This document shows, piece by piece, positions 52,484 to 62,873 of a DNA stretch of 64,000 bases; positions within the stretch are counted from its first letter, which is position 1, and each line of letters opens with the position of its first letter. The notes beneath the pieces are model-generated. The model saw only the letters and a program-made list of their open reading frames with translations. It did no database searches and was not told the origin of the DNA. Source of the DNA: Sporichthyaceae bacterium (GTDB lineage Bacteria > Actinomycetota > Actinomycetes > JACCUZ01); contig JANLYQ010000010.1 in assembly GCA_031365725.1 (NCBI GenBank), positions 50,238-114,237 of the forward strand, in the 5' to 3' direction. A program made the position numbers and the translations under genes.

Positions 52484-52593
52484 AAAGCGTTACCGAGGTA
52501 ACGCCCCCTGGGGACAATCTCCGGTGCGTGGTCGGGTCCGGTGGCGCGACTCCGCCCGGCGTGCTAACCGGGTCCGTGCCCGGCTCGGGCGGC

Positions 52594-53199
52594 TCACCAG
52601 ACGGGAAGCAGGCGCACGTGGACCCGGCCGCCCACCAGGGTCAGGGGGTCGAGGTACGTCTCGCCCCGGCGAAGCCCCCAGTGCAGGCAGGCCGCAGGCG
52701 CGCAGTGGCTCGCGACCGCCTCCAGGGTGCCGAGGGCGTGGCCGGCGACGACCCGATCACCGCGACGCACGATGGTCAGCACCGGTTCGTAGGTCGTGCG
52801 CAGCCCGCCGGGGTGTTCGACGCTGACCACCCCTCGCCCGGCCACCACTCCGGCGAAGGTCACGACGCCGGGACCGGCGGCGAGCACGAGGAAGCCGACC
52901 TGGCTGGCCAGGTCGACGCCGCGGTGCCCCGGCGCGAACGGCCCGGCTGGTGGCTGAAACCTCGTCACCACCATGGGCGGCGGGTCCAGCGGCCACTGCC
53001 ATGACCCACCGATGCCGATGCCGGTGGTGCCACTCGCACGGGTTCGGGGAGTGGGCGCAGTGACCGGGTCGGTCGCCGGTGCGGCCAGGGCGAGCACGAG
53101 GGGTACGACGGCAGCGAGGCGGTTGACCGCCCCGGTGACTCGTTGGCCTGGACCTGGGCGGCGAGGCCGGCGCTGGCGGAGGGCGAGGTCGAGGTGCAT
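52594..53199 (-). CDS. M23 family metallopeptidase (Rv2891-like), secreted
   Basis: N-terminal signal/TM (LAAVVPLVLALAAPA). C-terminal LytM-type motifs (HRGVDLA ... HLHWG-like CLHWGLRRGETYLDP). Divergent from rpsB as in mycobacteria. Start taken at ATG 53199. Confidence 0.6.
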   Translation of the reverse strand: MHLDLALRQRRPRRPGPGQRVTGAVNRLAAVVPLVLALAAPATDPVTAPTPRTRASGTTGIGIGGSWQWPLDPPPMVVTRFQPPAGPFAPGHRGVDLASQVGFLVLAAGPGVVTFAGVVAGRGVVSVEHPGGLRTTYEPVLTIVRRGDRVVAGHALGTLEAVASHCAPAACLHWGLRRGETYLDPLTLVGGRVHVRLLPVW

Positions 53200-53558
53200 A
53201 CAGCCAACCTGGCGCCGCGCAACCCCTTCGGACTGCCCGGACGCGAAGATGTGGACAACCTCGGCCACCTGGAGGCTGTGGATTTCCAGCGCCGTTGCCC
53301 ACCGACGTACACTCGGCGCAGCGTCCCGCCTCGGCGGGGCGACTTCGCACGCCCGCACACCGCCATCGACCGGCAGCAGCCGGTCACCGACGGGGGCGCG
53401 CTCACCGGTCCGCCCGACCCGCGATGGCGACGGCGGCGAGCGCACTCGCAGGCGTCAGGACGTGGACGGCCGCCCGGCCGCCCGCGAGGCAACCGATAGC
53501 GCACGTGCCCGTTCGCCCCGGCGAGCCATGAGAGGCAGGTGCAGAGACGAGAACTCAG

Positions 53559-54491
53559 ATGGCCGGCACCACCCAGGTCGTCTCGATGAAGCAGCTGCTC
53601 GAGAGCGGCGTGCACTTCGGACACCAGACCCGCCGTTGGAACCCGAAGATGAAGCGATTCTTCTTCACCGAGCGCAACGGCATCTACATCATCGACCTCC
53701 AGCAGTCGCTGTCCTACATCGACCGCGCGTACGAGTTCGTCAAGGAGACCGTTGCGCACGGCGGCTCGGTGATGTTCATCGGCACCAAGAAGCAGGCCCA
53801 GGAGGCGATCGCCGAGCAGGCGACCCGCGTCGGCATGCCCTACGTGAACCAGCGCTGGCTGGGCGGCATGCTCACGAACTTCCAGACCGTGCACGGTCGC
53901 CTGCAGCGCCTCAAGGAGCTCGAGCAGCTCGACTTCGACGACGTGGCCGGCTCGGGCATGACCAAGAAGGAGCTGCTCGTCCTGCGTCGCGAGAAGGACA
54001 AGCTCGCCAAGACCCTCGGCGGTATCCGCGACATGTCCCGCGTCCCGAGTGCGGTCTGGATCATTGACACCAAGAAGGAGCACATCGCCGTCGGCGAGGC
54101 CCACAAGCTCCGCATCCCGGTGGTCGCGATCCTCGACACCAACTGTGACCCGGACGAGGTCGACTACAAGATCCCCGGCAACGACGACGCGATCCGCTCC
54201 GTCACGCTGCTCACCCGGGTGATCGCCGACGCGGTCGCCGACGGCCTCATGGCTCGCGTGCGCACGTCCCAGGACGGGGACGAGAAGCCGGGTACGGACG
54301 GACAGCTGGCCGTCGACGAGCCGCTTGCGGCCTGGGAGCAGGAGCTGCTCCAGGGCAGCGCTGCTCCGGTGGCTGAGGCTCCGGTGGCTGAGGCTCCGGT
54401 GGCTGAGGCTCCGGTGGCTGAGGCTCCGGTGGCTGAGGCTCCGGCGGCTGAGGCACCGGCGGCCGAGCCCAGCCCCACCCCGGCCAGCTGA
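53559..54491 (+). CDS. rpsB: 30S ribosomal protein S2 with a C-terminal (APVAE)n repeat tail
   Basis: [22 protein letters not shown] core. The tail is encoded by 15-nt tandem repeats gctccggtggctgag at ~54362-54465. Confidence 0.9.
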   Translation: MAGTTQVVSMKQLLESGVHFGHQTRRWNPKMKRFFFTERNGIYIIDLQQSLSYIDRAYEFVKETVAHGGSVMFIGTKKQAQEAIAEQATRVGMPYVNQRWLGGMLTNFQTVHGRLQRLKELEQLDFDDVAGSGMTKKELLVLRREKDKLAKTLGGIRDMSRVPSAVWIIDTKKEHIAVGEAHKLRIPVVAILDTNCDPDEVDYKIPGNDDAIRSVTLLTRVIADAVADGLMARVRTSQDGDEKPGTDGQLAVDEPLAAWEQELLQGSAAPVAEAPVAEAPVAEAPVAEAPVAEAPAAEAPAAEPSPTPAS

Positions 54492-54516
54492 ACTGCCCTC
54501 CCCGGCCGGCCCTCGC
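54491..54516 (+). terminator. GC-rich hairpin immediately after the rpsB stop (candidate partial terminator/attenuator between rpsB and tsf)
   Basis: cccggccgg-ccctcgcg-ccggccggg 9-bp stem, no U-tract. Confidence 0.35.
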
Positions 54517-54611
54517 GCCGGCCGGGTGAGTGCGCGGGCCTGCGCCCTACGACACGTACGCACTGCACCGCACCCCGACGGGTCACCCCCAGAGAGCGAG
54601 ACGCACACGTC

Positions 54612-55439
54612 ATGGCGAACATCACCGCCGCCGAGGTCAAGAAGCTCCGCGACGCCACCGGCGCCGGGATGATGGCCGCCAAGAAGGCCCTTGTGGAGAC
54701 CGACGGCGACCACGAGAAGGCCGCCGAGCTGCTGCGCATCAAGGGCGAGACCAAGGTCAAGGAGCGCGGTGCCGAGCGCAACGCCACCAACGGACTGGTT
54801 GCCGCCGCAGACGGCGCGATGATCCAGCTGAACTGCGAGACCGACTTCGTGGCCAAGAACGAGCAGTTCCAGCAGCTCGCCGCCGACATCGTGTCGCACG
54901 CCGCCAAGACCGGCACGGGCGATGTTGCCGCGCTGCTGGCCGAGACTCTCGCCGACGGTCGTAGCGTCGCCGAGAACATCGACTCGGTGGCTGCGGTCAT
55001 CGGCGAGAAGCTCGAGCTGACGGCCGCCGTCGTGCTCGGCGCCGAGGGTCGCAACGTGGCGTCGTACATGCACCGGCGTTCCGCGGACCTTCCTCCGCAG
55101 GTCGGCGTGCTGCTCGAGTTCGAGGGCTCCAACCTCGAGGCGGCCCGGGCTGCGGCCATGCAGGTGGCTGCCATGAAGGCGCAGTACGTCACGCGCGACG
55201 AGGTCCCCGCCGACGTCGTGGAGAACGAGCGCCGCGTCATCGAGGCGATCTCCCGTGAGGAGGGCAAGCCCGAGGCGGCACTGCCCCGGATCGTGGAGGG
55301 CCGGGTCAATGGGTTCTACAAGGACATCGTGCTGCTCGAGCAGGAGTCGGTGCAGGAGAGCAAGAAGACTGTCAAGGCCGTGATGGACGCCGCCGGCGTC
55401 ACCGTGCGGAGCTTTTCGCGCTTCGAGGTCGGCGGCTGA
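54612..55439 (+). CDS. tsf: Translation elongation factor Ts
   Basis: UBA-like N-terminus ([24 protein letters not shown]) and EF-Ts dimerisation domains. Confidence 0.9.
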   Translation: MANITAAEVKKLRDATGAGMMAAKKALVETDGDHEKAAELLRIKGETKVKERGAERNATNGLVAAADGAMIQLNCETDFVAKNEQFQQLAADIVSHAAKTGTGDVAALLAETLADGRSVAENIDSVAAVIGEKLELTAAVVLGAEGRNVASYMHRRSADLPPQVGVLLEFEGSNLEAARAAAMQVAAMKAQYVTRDEVPADVVENERRVIEAISREEGKPEAALPRIVEGRVNGFYKDIVLLEQESVQESKKTVKAVMDAAGVTVRSFSRFEVGG

Positions 55440-55527
55440 GCCGGCTCCTGGCAGACTGCGAGGCACGCGGGAGCACCCAGGGGACCAGCGCGACAGGTGG
55501 CAGCAGGGCGACGAGGAGGCGGCGACG

Positions 55528-56262
55528 GTGAACAGGTCCGACGAGAGCGTCCCCTACCGCCGCGTGGTGCTCAAGCTCTCCGGTGAAGTCTTCGGTGGCG
55601 GCCAGGTCGGGGTGGACCCCGATGTGGTCGCGACCATCGCCCGGCAGATCGCGGACGTCGTGCGCTCCGGTGTGCAGACCGCCATTGTCGTCGGCGGCGG
55701 CAACTTCTTCCGCGGCGCCGAGCTGTCCCAACGCGGCATGGATCGACCGCGCGCCGACTACATGGGCATGCTCGGCACGGTGATGAACTGCTTGGCCCTG
55801 CAGGACTTCCTGGAGAAGCAGGACGTCGACACCCGGGTACAGACCGCGATCGCCATGGGGCAGGTAGCCGAGCCCTACATCCCGCGTCGAGCCATGCGCC
55901 ACCTCGAGAAGGGCCGGGTCGTCATCTTCGGCGCCGGCGCCGGCATGCCGTACTTCTCGACCGACACCGTCGCCGCGCAACGATGTCTCGAGATCGGTGC
56001 GCAGGTGCTGCTGATGGGCAAGAAGGGCGTCGATGGTGTCTACGACGCCGACCCCGCCAAGCACCCCGACGCTGTGCGCTACGACCGGATCTCGTACGAC
56101 GAGTTCCTGAACAAGGGCCTGCGGGTGGCTGACGCCACCGCCATCAGCCTCTGTCGCGACAACGACCTGCCGATCGTCGTGTTCAACATGACCGTCGAGG
56201 GCAACATCGCCCGCGCGGTGCACGGCGAGAAGATCGGCACCACCATCGGCCCTGATGTCTGA
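55528..56262 (+). CDS. pyrH: UMP kinase
   Basis: RVVLKLSGE ... [11 protein letters not shown] ... [13 protein letters not shown] motifs. GTG start. Confidence 0.9.
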   Translation: MNRSDESVPYRRVVLKLSGEVFGGGQVGVDPDVVATIARQIADVVRSGVQTAIVVGGGNFFRGAELSQRGMDRPRADYMGMLGTVMNCLALQDFLEKQDVDTRVQTAIAMGQVAEPYIPRRAMRHLEKGRVVIFGAGAGMPYFSTDTVAAQRCLEIGAQVLLMGKKGVDGVYDADPAKHPDAVRYDRISYDEFLNKGLRVADATAISLCRDNDLPIVVFNMTVEGNIARAVHGEKIGTTIGPDV

Positions 56263-56316
56263 GCGGCCCCTGCGCGTGTGCACTGCAGCGACCCGACCGA
56301 CCGCCAAGGAGACGAC

Positions 56317-56874
56317 GTGATCGACGAGACCCTCTTCGAGGCCGAGGAGAAGATGGAAAAGGCCGTCTCCGTCGCGCGCGACGACCTGGCCTCCATCCGC
56401 ACCGGCCGGGCGAACCCGTCGATGTTCAACAAGATCCTCGTCGACTACTACGGCGCACCGACGCCGGTGAACCAGCTGGCCTCCTTCCACGTCGCCGACG
56501 CCCGGATGCTCACACTCACGCCGTTCGACAAGGGTGCGATGACCGGCATCGAGAAGGCGATCCGCGAGTCCGACCTGGGGGTCAACCCGACCAACGACGG
56601 CTCGATCATCCGCATCGTCTTCCCGCAGCTGACCGAAGAACGCCGCAAGGAGTTCATCAAGGTGGCTCACAAGAAGGCTGAGGACGCGCGCATCTCGATC
56701 CGCAACGTCCGTCGCCACGCCAAGGACAGTCTCGACAAGATGGTCAAGGACGGCGAGGTCGGCGAGGACGACGCGGGCCGTGCGGAGAAGGAGCTGGAGA
56801 AGCTCACTCAGAAGAGCGTCGCCACGGTCGACGACCTGGCGAAGCACAAGGAGGCCGAGCTCCTCGAGGTCTGA
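56317..56874 (+). CDS. frr: Ribosome recycling factor
   Basis: [17 protein letters not shown]...[14 protein letters not shown] at 56317 with RBS aaggag. Confidence 0.9.
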   Translation: MIDETLFEAEEKMEKAVSVARDDLASIRTGRANPSMFNKILVDYYGAPTPVNQLASFHVADARMLTLTPFDKGAMTGIEKAIRESDLGVNPTNDGSIIRIVFPQLTEERRKEFIKVAHKKAEDARISIRNVRRHAKDSLDKMVKDGEVGEDDAGRAEKELEKLTQKSVATVDDLAKHKEAELLEV

Positions 56875-56904
56875 GGGTCGGCGCGACATGGTGCACGAGC
56901 GACA

Positions 56905-57798
56905 ATGACAGCCGAGCACGAGGAGGGTTCCTCGCCGCTGGACCCGGTGCCGATGGCGCCGGTGCCCCCGCCCGAGCGACGAACGCGGGCGGGTCGCAAC
57001 CTGCCCGCCGCCGTCGGTGTCGGGCTCGGCCTCGGGGCAGTGATCCTGCTGTCGGTCTACGTCTGGAAGCCTTCGTTCCTTGCTGTCGTCGCGGGCGCAG
57101 CCGTGCTCGGGGTCTACGAGCTCGCGCACGCTTTCGCCGAGGACGCGGTGCGGGTGCCGGTGCTGCCACTGGCCTTCGGATCGGTCGCCGTCATCGTCGC
57201 GGCCTACGCAGGTGGCAGCAGGGCCATGGTGGTGGTCGTCGCGCTCACGTTGTTCGTCCTCATGAGCTGGCGCGCCCGCGGTCCCAACGACGGCTACGTC
57301 CGCGACATCACCGCCGCCGTCTTCACCGTGCTGTACGTGCCGTTCCTGGCGGCGTTCGCGGCCCTCATGCTGCGCGAGGACGACGGCGCCAACCGGGTCG
57401 TCGTCTTCATCGTGCTGACTGTGCTCAGCGACGTGGGGGGCTACGCCGCCGGCGTGCTGTTCGGGCGTCACCCGATGGCGCCCTCGATCAGTCCCAAGAA
57501 GTCCTGGGAGGGCTTGGCCGGGTCCGGGTTGTTCTGCGCAGTCGGCGGTGCGATCGCGGTGCCCACGATGCTGGATGGTCGCGCACTCTACGGCGCCCTC
57601 ATCGGGCTTGCGGTCATGGCCACCGCCACCTTGGGTGACCTCGGTGAGTCGATCATCAAGCGGGATCTGCGGATCAAGGACATGGGCAGCTTGCTGCCCG
57701 GGCACGGCGGCATGATGGACCGGCTCGACTCGCTGCTGCCCGCCGCCCCGGTGACGTTCCTGCTGCTCGGCTGGCTCGTGCCGGCGGTGCTGTCATGA
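56905..57798 (+). CDS. cdsA: Phosphatidate cytidylyltransferase
   Basis: Multi-TM protein with C-terminal CDS signature ([10 protein letters not shown]...[33 protein letters not shown]). Confidence 0.85.
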   Translation: MTAEHEEGSSPLDPVPMAPVPPPERRTRAGRNLPAAVGVGLGLGAVILLSVYVWKPSFLAVVAGAAVLGVYELAHAFAEDAVRVPVLPLAFGSVAVIVAAYAGGSRAMVVVVALTLFVLMSWRARGPNDGYVRDITAAVFTVLYVPFLAAFAALMLREDDGANRVVVFIVLTVLSDVGGYAAGVLFGRHPMAPSISPKKSWEGLAGSGLFCAVGGAIAVPTMLDGRALYGALIGLAVMATATLGDLGESIIKRDLRIKDMGSLLPGHGGMMDRLDSLLPAAPVTFLLLGWLVPAVLS

Positions 57799-58928
57799 CC
57801 GAGATTCAGCAGCCCGGCCAGCTCGTCTTCGCCGCACCGCGACGGCAGAAGCCGCCGCGGCACCTGGCCGACCTCACGATGGCGGAGCGCCGTGGGGTGC
57901 TGACCGAGCTGGGGGAGCGACCGTTTCGCGCCGCCCAGCTCTCGACCCACTACTTCGACCACCTGACCGACGATCCGGTCGACGAGCCCGACACCATGAC
58001 CGACGTCCCGAAGGCCGACCGCACCCGGCTGTCCGAGGCGTTGCTGCCGCGCCTGCTCACCGCCGTACGGCACCTGGACTGCGACAACGGTGCGACGCGT
58101 AAGACGGTGTGGCGACTCTTCGACGGCGCGACGGTGGAGAGCGTGCTGATGCGCTATCCGGGACGGGTCACGATCTGCGTGTCCTCCCAGGCCGGCTGCG
58201 GCATGAACTGCCCGTTCTGCGCGACCGGCCAGGCCGGGCTCACCCGCAACATGTCCGCCGCAGAGATCGTCGACCAGGTCGTCGCCGGTGCGCGGATGCT
58301 CGCGCGCGGCGAGATTCCCGGGGAAGCGACCCGCGTCTCCAACGTGGTCTTCATGGGCATGGGCGAGCCGATGGCCAACTACCGGGCTGTGATCGGTGCC
58401 GTACGCCGGTTGACTGAGCCGACGCCGGACGGCCTGGGTCTGTCGCAGCGCAACATCACCGTGTCGACGGTGGGACTGGTGCCGGCGATGGACAAGCTGA
58501 CCGCCGAGTCGCTCGCGGTGACCCTCGCCCTGTCTCTGCACGCCCCCGACGACGAGCTGCGCGACACTCTCGTGCCGGTGAACACCCGGTGGAAGGTCGC
58601 CGAGGTGCTCGACGCAGCAAAGCGCTATTTCGATGCGACCGGGCGACGGGTCAGCATCGAGTACGCGCTCATCCGCGACATCAACGACGACGCCTGGCGT
58701 GCGGACCTCCTCGGCACCGAGCTCAACCGACGCGGCCGCGGGTGGGTGCACGTCAACCCGATCCCGCTCAACCCGACCCCGGGGTCGAAATGGACAGCGA
58801 GCGACCCGGCCGTCGAGCGCGCATTCGTCGATCGGTTGCGGGCGCACGGCATCCCGACCACCGTGCGCGACACCCGCGGACGCGAGATCGACGGTGCGTG
58901 CGGTCAGCTGGCGGCGGTCACCGGATGA
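57795..58928 (+). CDS. rlmN: 23S rRNA (adenine2503-C2)-methyltransferase RlmN (radical SAM)
   Basis: CxxxCxxC radical SAM motif ([12 protein letters not shown]). ATG overlaps the cdsA stop. Confidence 0.9.
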   Translation: MTEIQQPGQLVFAAPRRQKPPRHLADLTMAERRGVLTELGERPFRAAQLSTHYFDHLTDDPVDEPDTMTDVPKADRTRLSEALLPRLLTAVRHLDCDNGATRKTVWRLFDGATVESVLMRYPGRVTICVSSQAGCGMNCPFCATGQAGLTRNMSAAEIVDQVVAGARMLARGEIPGEATRVSNVVFMGMGEPMANYRAVIGAVRRLTEPTPDGLGLSQRNITVSTVGLVPAMDKLTAESLAVTLALSLHAPDDELRDTLVPVNTRWKVAEVLDAAKRYFDATGRRVSIEYALIRDINDDAWRADLLGTELNRRGRGWVHVNPIPLNPTPGSKWTASDPAVERAFVDRLRAHGIPTTVRDTRGREIDGACGQLAAVTG

Positions 58929-59491
58929 GCCGACACGGCCGGTTCGCGCGGGTGCGGGTGCTGCGCCGGGGCTATCACCGTGGTCAGGTGGACGCGTTCC
59001 TGGACCGCCTCGCCGTCGCGCAGTCCGGCGGCCTGCCGCCGATGTCGGCTGCGGAGGTGCGGCAGGCGGGGTTCGAGCTGGTGCACCGCGGCTATGTCCC
59101 CGATGCCGTCGACACGCACCTCGACGTGCTCGAGCAAGAGATGTTGGCCGGCCAGACGATCTCGACCGGTCGTCGCGGGCGACCGGACCCTGTCGGTGAG
59201 GCGGAGTTCCTGCGGTCGCAGCTGACGGCGCCGTACATGAAGCGGTTCCCACGTGCAGGGGGCTTGCGCCGTGGCTATCACCAGGACGACGTCGACGACT
59301 TCGTGGACCGGGTGCTGGCGATGCTGGACGGACCGGAGACGCTGACGGCTGACGAGGTGCGGCGCACGGGGTTCCGGCCGCGCCGGGCGGGCTACCGCGA
59401 GGGTGATGTCGACGATGCGATGGATCGTGTGGTCGAGCACCTGATGCATGCCGGTCGGTCGGTCGAGCAACCCGGTGGCACGACCACCTGA
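58925..59491 (+). CDS. DivIVA domain-containing protein (three tandem RRGY...DVD DivIVA-N repeats)
   Basis: 188 aa. ATG overlaps the rlmN stop. Repeated motif [18 protein letters not shown] / [18 protein letters not shown] / [17 protein letters not shown] / [17 protein letters not shown]. The ORF-track 300-aa version has a spurious N-terminal extension. Confidence 0.6.
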   Translation: MSRHGRFARVRVLRRGYHRGQVDAFLDRLAVAQSGGLPPMSAAEVRQAGFELVHRGYVPDAVDTHLDVLEQEMLAGQTISTGRRGRPDPVGEAEFLRSQLTAPYMKRFPRAGGLRRGYHQDDVDDFVDRVLAMLDGPETLTADEVRRTGFRPRRAGYREGDVDDAMDRVVEHLMHAGRSVEQPGGTTT

Positions 59492-59545
59492 CGCACCTCC
59501 GCTCGTGCCGGTCATCCCTGGCGTGGCGGGGCGACGAGCAGCAGG

Positions 59546-61444
59546 ATGGTCGTCATGGGCGACTACTCGGCGGCGTACGCACGCAGCCTGCAGGACCCGG
59601 ATGGCTTCTGGGGTGACGCAGCGGCGGGGGTGACGTGGCGCGAGACGCCGTCAAAGGTGCTCGACCGATCGGCTGCGCCGTTCTTCCGGTGGTTCCCCGA
59701 CGGTGTTCTCAACACGTGTGAGAACGCACTGGACCGGCACGTGCGTGACGGGCAGGGCGACCGCATCGCGTTGATCCACGACAGCCCGGTGACCGACAGC
59801 GTCCGGACGTTCACCTACGCGCAGCTGCTTGACGAGGTGGCGAGGTTCGCCGGGGCCCTCGCGTCGTTGGGGGTGGTGAAGGGTGACCGGGTCGTGGTCT
59901 ACCTGCCGATGGTGCCTGAGGCCGTGGTGGCGATGCTTGCCTGCGCGCGGCTCGGCGCCGTGCACTCGGTGGTGTTCGGTGGCTTCGCAGCCAGCGAGCT
60001 CGCAGCCCGTATCGATGATGCGACGCCGCGGGTGGTGGTGACGGCGTCCTGCGGCATCGAGGGCGCGCGGGTGATCGAGTACAAGCCGTTGCTGGACCGG
60101 GCGCTGGAGCAAGCCATTCACCAGCCGGAGCGAGTCGTGGTGCTGCAGCGGCCGCAGGTGGCGGCAGCCATGCGTGTGGGGCGCGACGTCGACTGGAGTG
60201 AGGTCGTCGCCTCCGCGACGCCGGCCGGCTGCGTCCCGGTGGCCGCCACCGACCCGCTCTACATCCTCTACACGTCCGGGACGACCGCCAAGCCCAAGGG
60301 CGTCGTACGCGACAACGGTGGGCATGCCGTCGCTCTCGTATGGTCGATGGCCAACATCTACGACATCGGGCCGGGCGACGTGTGGTGGAGCGCGTCCGAC
60401 GTGGGCTGGGTCGTCGGCCACTCCTACATCGTCTACGCGCCGCTGCTCGTCGGGGCCACGACTGTGCTCTACGAAGGCAAGCCGGTCGGCACGCCGGATG
60501 CCGGGGCGTTCTGGCGGGTCATCGCCGAGCACAAGGTGAAGGCGCTGTTCACCGCACCGACCGCGATCCGGGCGGTGAAGAAGGAGGACCCGGCCGGGCT
60601 GCTGCTGGCCGCCCACGACACCACCAGCCTGCAGACCTTGTTTCTTGCCGGCGAACGGCTCGACCCGGACACCTGGAGCTGGGCCACCGACCGATTGGGC
60701 GTTCCTGTCATCGACCACTGGTGGCAGACCGAGACGGGCTGGCCGATCGCGGCCAACTTGCGTGGGCTGGAGCCGATGCCGGTCAAGCCGGGGTCGCCGA
60801 CGGTGCCCGTGCCGGGCTACGACGTGCGGGTGCTCGACCCGCACGGCGCCGAGGTCGCCGTAGGAGTCGAAGGTGCCATCTGCGTGCGGCTGCCGCTGCC
60901 CCCGGGGACGCTGCCGACGCTGTGGCACGACGACGCGCGCTTCCTGGCGTCGTACCTCTCGGCCTTCGAGGGCTACTACCTCAGCGGCGACGGTGGCTAC
61001 GTCGACGAGGATGGCTACCTGTTCGTCATGGGTCGCACCGATGACGTCATCAACGTGGCCGGGCACCGGCTGTCGACCGGCAGCATGGAGGCCGTCGTGG
61101 CCGGGCACCCGGCGGTGGCCGAGTGTTGCGTGATCGGTGTGCACGACGAGCTCAAGGGTCAGGTGCCGCGTGGGCTGGTCGTGCTGAAGGCCGGTGCGGA
61201 CATCGAGCCCGACGTGCTGCGGGCCGAGCTGGTGGCGATGGTGCGCGACCAGATCGGGGCGGTGGCGTCGTTCCGGCTGGTCGATGTGGTGCCGGCGTTG
61301 CCAAAGACTCGGTCGGGCAAGATTCTGCGTCGGTCGATGCGCGCGATCGCCGACGGTGTCGAGGAGGCGGTGCCGTCGACGATCGAGGACGTCAGGGTGC
61401 TCGACGCGCTGCGCCCGACCCTGGGAGGACGGTCGGAGGACTAG
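59546..61444 (+). CDS. prpE: Propionate--CoA ligase / acetyl-CoA synthetase family AMP-forming acyl-CoA synthetase
   Basis: AMP-binding motif YTSGTTAKPKG, A8/A10 motifs, N-terminal PrpE-like YxxxYxxSLxDPxxFW. Confidence 0.75.
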   Translation: MVVMGDYSAAYARSLQDPDGFWGDAAAGVTWRETPSKVLDRSAAPFFRWFPDGVLNTCENALDRHVRDGQGDRIALIHDSPVTDSVRTFTYAQLLDEVARFAGALASLGVVKGDRVVVYLPMVPEAVVAMLACARLGAVHSVVFGGFAASELAARIDDATPRVVVTASCGIEGARVIEYKPLLDRALEQAIHQPERVVVLQRPQVAAAMRVGRDVDWSEVVASATPAGCVPVAATDPLYILYTSGTTAKPKGVVRDNGGHAVALVWSMANIYDIGPGDVWWSASDVGWVVGHSYIVYAPLLVGATTVLYEGKPVGTPDAGAFWRVIAEHKVKALFTAPTAIRAVKKEDPAGLLLAAHDTTSLQTLFLAGERLDPDTWSWATDRLGVPVIDHWWQTETGWPIAANLRGLEPMPVKPGSPTVPVPGYDVRVLDPHGAEVAVGVEGAICVRLPLPPGTLPTLWHDDARFLASYLSAFEGYYLSGDGGYVDEDGYLFVMGRTDDVINVAGHRLSTGSMEAVVAGHPAVAECCVIGVHDELKGQVPRGLVVLKAGADIEPDVLRAELVAMVRDQIGAVASFRLVDVVPALPKTRSGKILRRSMRAIADGVEEAVPSTIEDVRVLDALRPTLGGRSED

Positions 61445-61866
61445 GCGTCCGGGTCGTTGCTGCCGATGACCGTGCTGTCGCCGAGCACCCGGTCGACGTG
61501 GAGCCTCAGCACGACGCGCTCCGGGTTCGGCCGCGGGACGCGGTAGCGGGCGGCGTAGCGCTCCTCGGCCTCGCGCACCGAGGTGGCGTCATCGAGGACG
61601 GCCAGCCAGCCCTCGAGGCTCAGCCACCGGCGGCGGTCGACCTGGCAGAGCACGGCGCGGGGACGGTTACCCACGAGTGCGTGCCGCACCTTGGCGCTGC
61701 CCCGGCTGGTGATGACCCGGGCAACACCGCTGGGGGCGTCCCAGGTGAAGCCGACGGGCACCACGTGCGGGCTGCCGTCCCTCCGCACGGTCGTGAGGGT
61801 CGCCAAGTGGCGCTCGAGGAGAAACTCCAATGCGGCACTCGGCAACGCGTCCGGCGTCGTGCTCAT
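61441..61866 (-). CDS. PPOX class F420-dependent enzyme / pyridoxamine 5'-phosphate oxidase family protein
   Basis: 141 aa from MSTTPDALPSAALEFLLERHLATLTTVRRDGSPHVVPVGF (split-barrel FMN/F420-binding fold pattern). The ORF-track N-terminal extension is spurious. Confidence 0.6.
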   Translation of the reverse strand: MSTTPDALPSAALEFLLERHLATLTTVRRDGSPHVVPVGFTWDAPSGVARVITSRGSAKVRHALVGNRPRAVLCQVDRRRWLSLEGWLAVLDDATSVREAEERYAARYRVPRPNPERVVLRLHVDRVLGDSTVIGSNDPDA

Positions 61867-61876
61867 CGGGTAGTGC

Positions 61877-62431
61877 TCATCGGGTCGGGGTGGTGGCGAG
61901 GACCTCGGTGACCTGCTGCAGCAGTCCGCGGCACGCGCGCTCGATCTGGTGCAGCACCTCGGTGAAACCCTCAGTGTCGCCGTAGTAGGGGTCAGCGACA
62001 TCGGCGTCGGCAGCAGGGGCGGCGTCGAAGGACCGCAGCAGCTGCACCCGATCGCGCTCGTTCCTGTCGCGGGCGTGAGCCCGCAGGTCGCGCAGGTGGC
62101 CCTTGTCCAGCGCGATCACGAGGTCCCGGTCCGGCAGCCAGTCAGGCTCGAACCGGCGAGCCCGGTGCGTCGACCCCGCGGTATATCCCCCCTCCGTCAG
62201 GGAGGCCAGCGAACGCCGGTCGGCACCGTCGCCTGAGTGCCAGGCGTCAGTGCCCGCCGAGTCCACGACGATCTGCTCCGTCAGGCCGGCGTCAGCGACC
62301 AGGCGGCGCATCACGATCTCGGCCACCGGTGAGCGGCAGATGTTGCCGGTGCACACGAAGCAGATGCGGTACGCCGGTCGGCGCGCGTCGGACCGGTGGT
62401 GCGCCAGGGGTTGCGGGGCCGAGGTGGTCAC
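61877..62431 (-). CDS. Low molecular weight protein-tyrosine phosphatase
   Basis: P-loop CFVCTGNICRSP and a DPYY motif. Confidence 0.8.
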   Translation of the reverse strand: MTTSAPQPLAHHRSDARRPAYRICFVCTGNICRSPVAEIVMRRLVADAGLTEQIVVDSAGTDAWHSGDGADRRSLASLTEGGYTAGSTHRARRFEPDWLPDRDLVIALDKGHLRDLRAHARDRNERDRVQLLRSFDAAPAADADVADPYYGDTEGFTEVLHQIERACRGLLQQVTEVLATTPTR

Positions 62432-62503
62432 CCCGACATCGTGCCAGCCTGGCCACGAACCCCCGTGCTCAGGTCAGCCCGCCTGGCTGCCGACGTACCC
62501 AGG

Positions 62504-62860
62504 GTGACCTCGTTCTTCCCGGAGCCACCACCGGCTCCTATCGAGACTGCGGACGACCGTGCGGCGCTCCCGGAGCCGTTCGTCCCGGGGGGTCGGCTGC
62601 CTCGGGAGGACCATGCCCACAACGCCTTCCTGAACGCGGGGCCGCCGGTGCACATCGATGCCCACCCGGTGAGCCGATGGCAGTCCTCGGCTACCACGTT
62701 TGGTCCGGTGGGGCGGATCGTCGTCTCGCTGGTCATGGTCGCGACCGGTGCCGGCATCGTCATGCTGGGGATGGCCGCGCCCATTGCCATCTTCATGTGG
62801 TGGTTCGTGGTCATGCCGAAGGTGATGTTCGACGTCTGGCGACCCGCCCGGCGTCCGTAG
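62504..62860 (+). CDS. Hypothetical small membrane protein
   Basis: GTG start. C-terminal two TM helices (IVVSLVMVATGAGIVMLGMAAPIAIFMWWFVVMP). Weak evidence. Confidence 0.25.
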   Translation: MTSFFPEPPPAPIETADDRAALPEPFVPGGRLPREDHAHNAFLNAGPPVHIDAHPVSRWQSSATTFGPVGRIVVSLVMVATGAGIVMLGMAAPIAIFMWWFVVMPKVMFDVWRPARRP

Positions 62861-62873
62861 GGCCGAGGGCGAC

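Noticed and set aside
52178-53004. Plus-strand ORFs containing RGPGAGG repeats
   Set aside because: These are reading frames through the (CCGGGGG)n microsatellite and antisense to the M23 peptidase. They are not coding.
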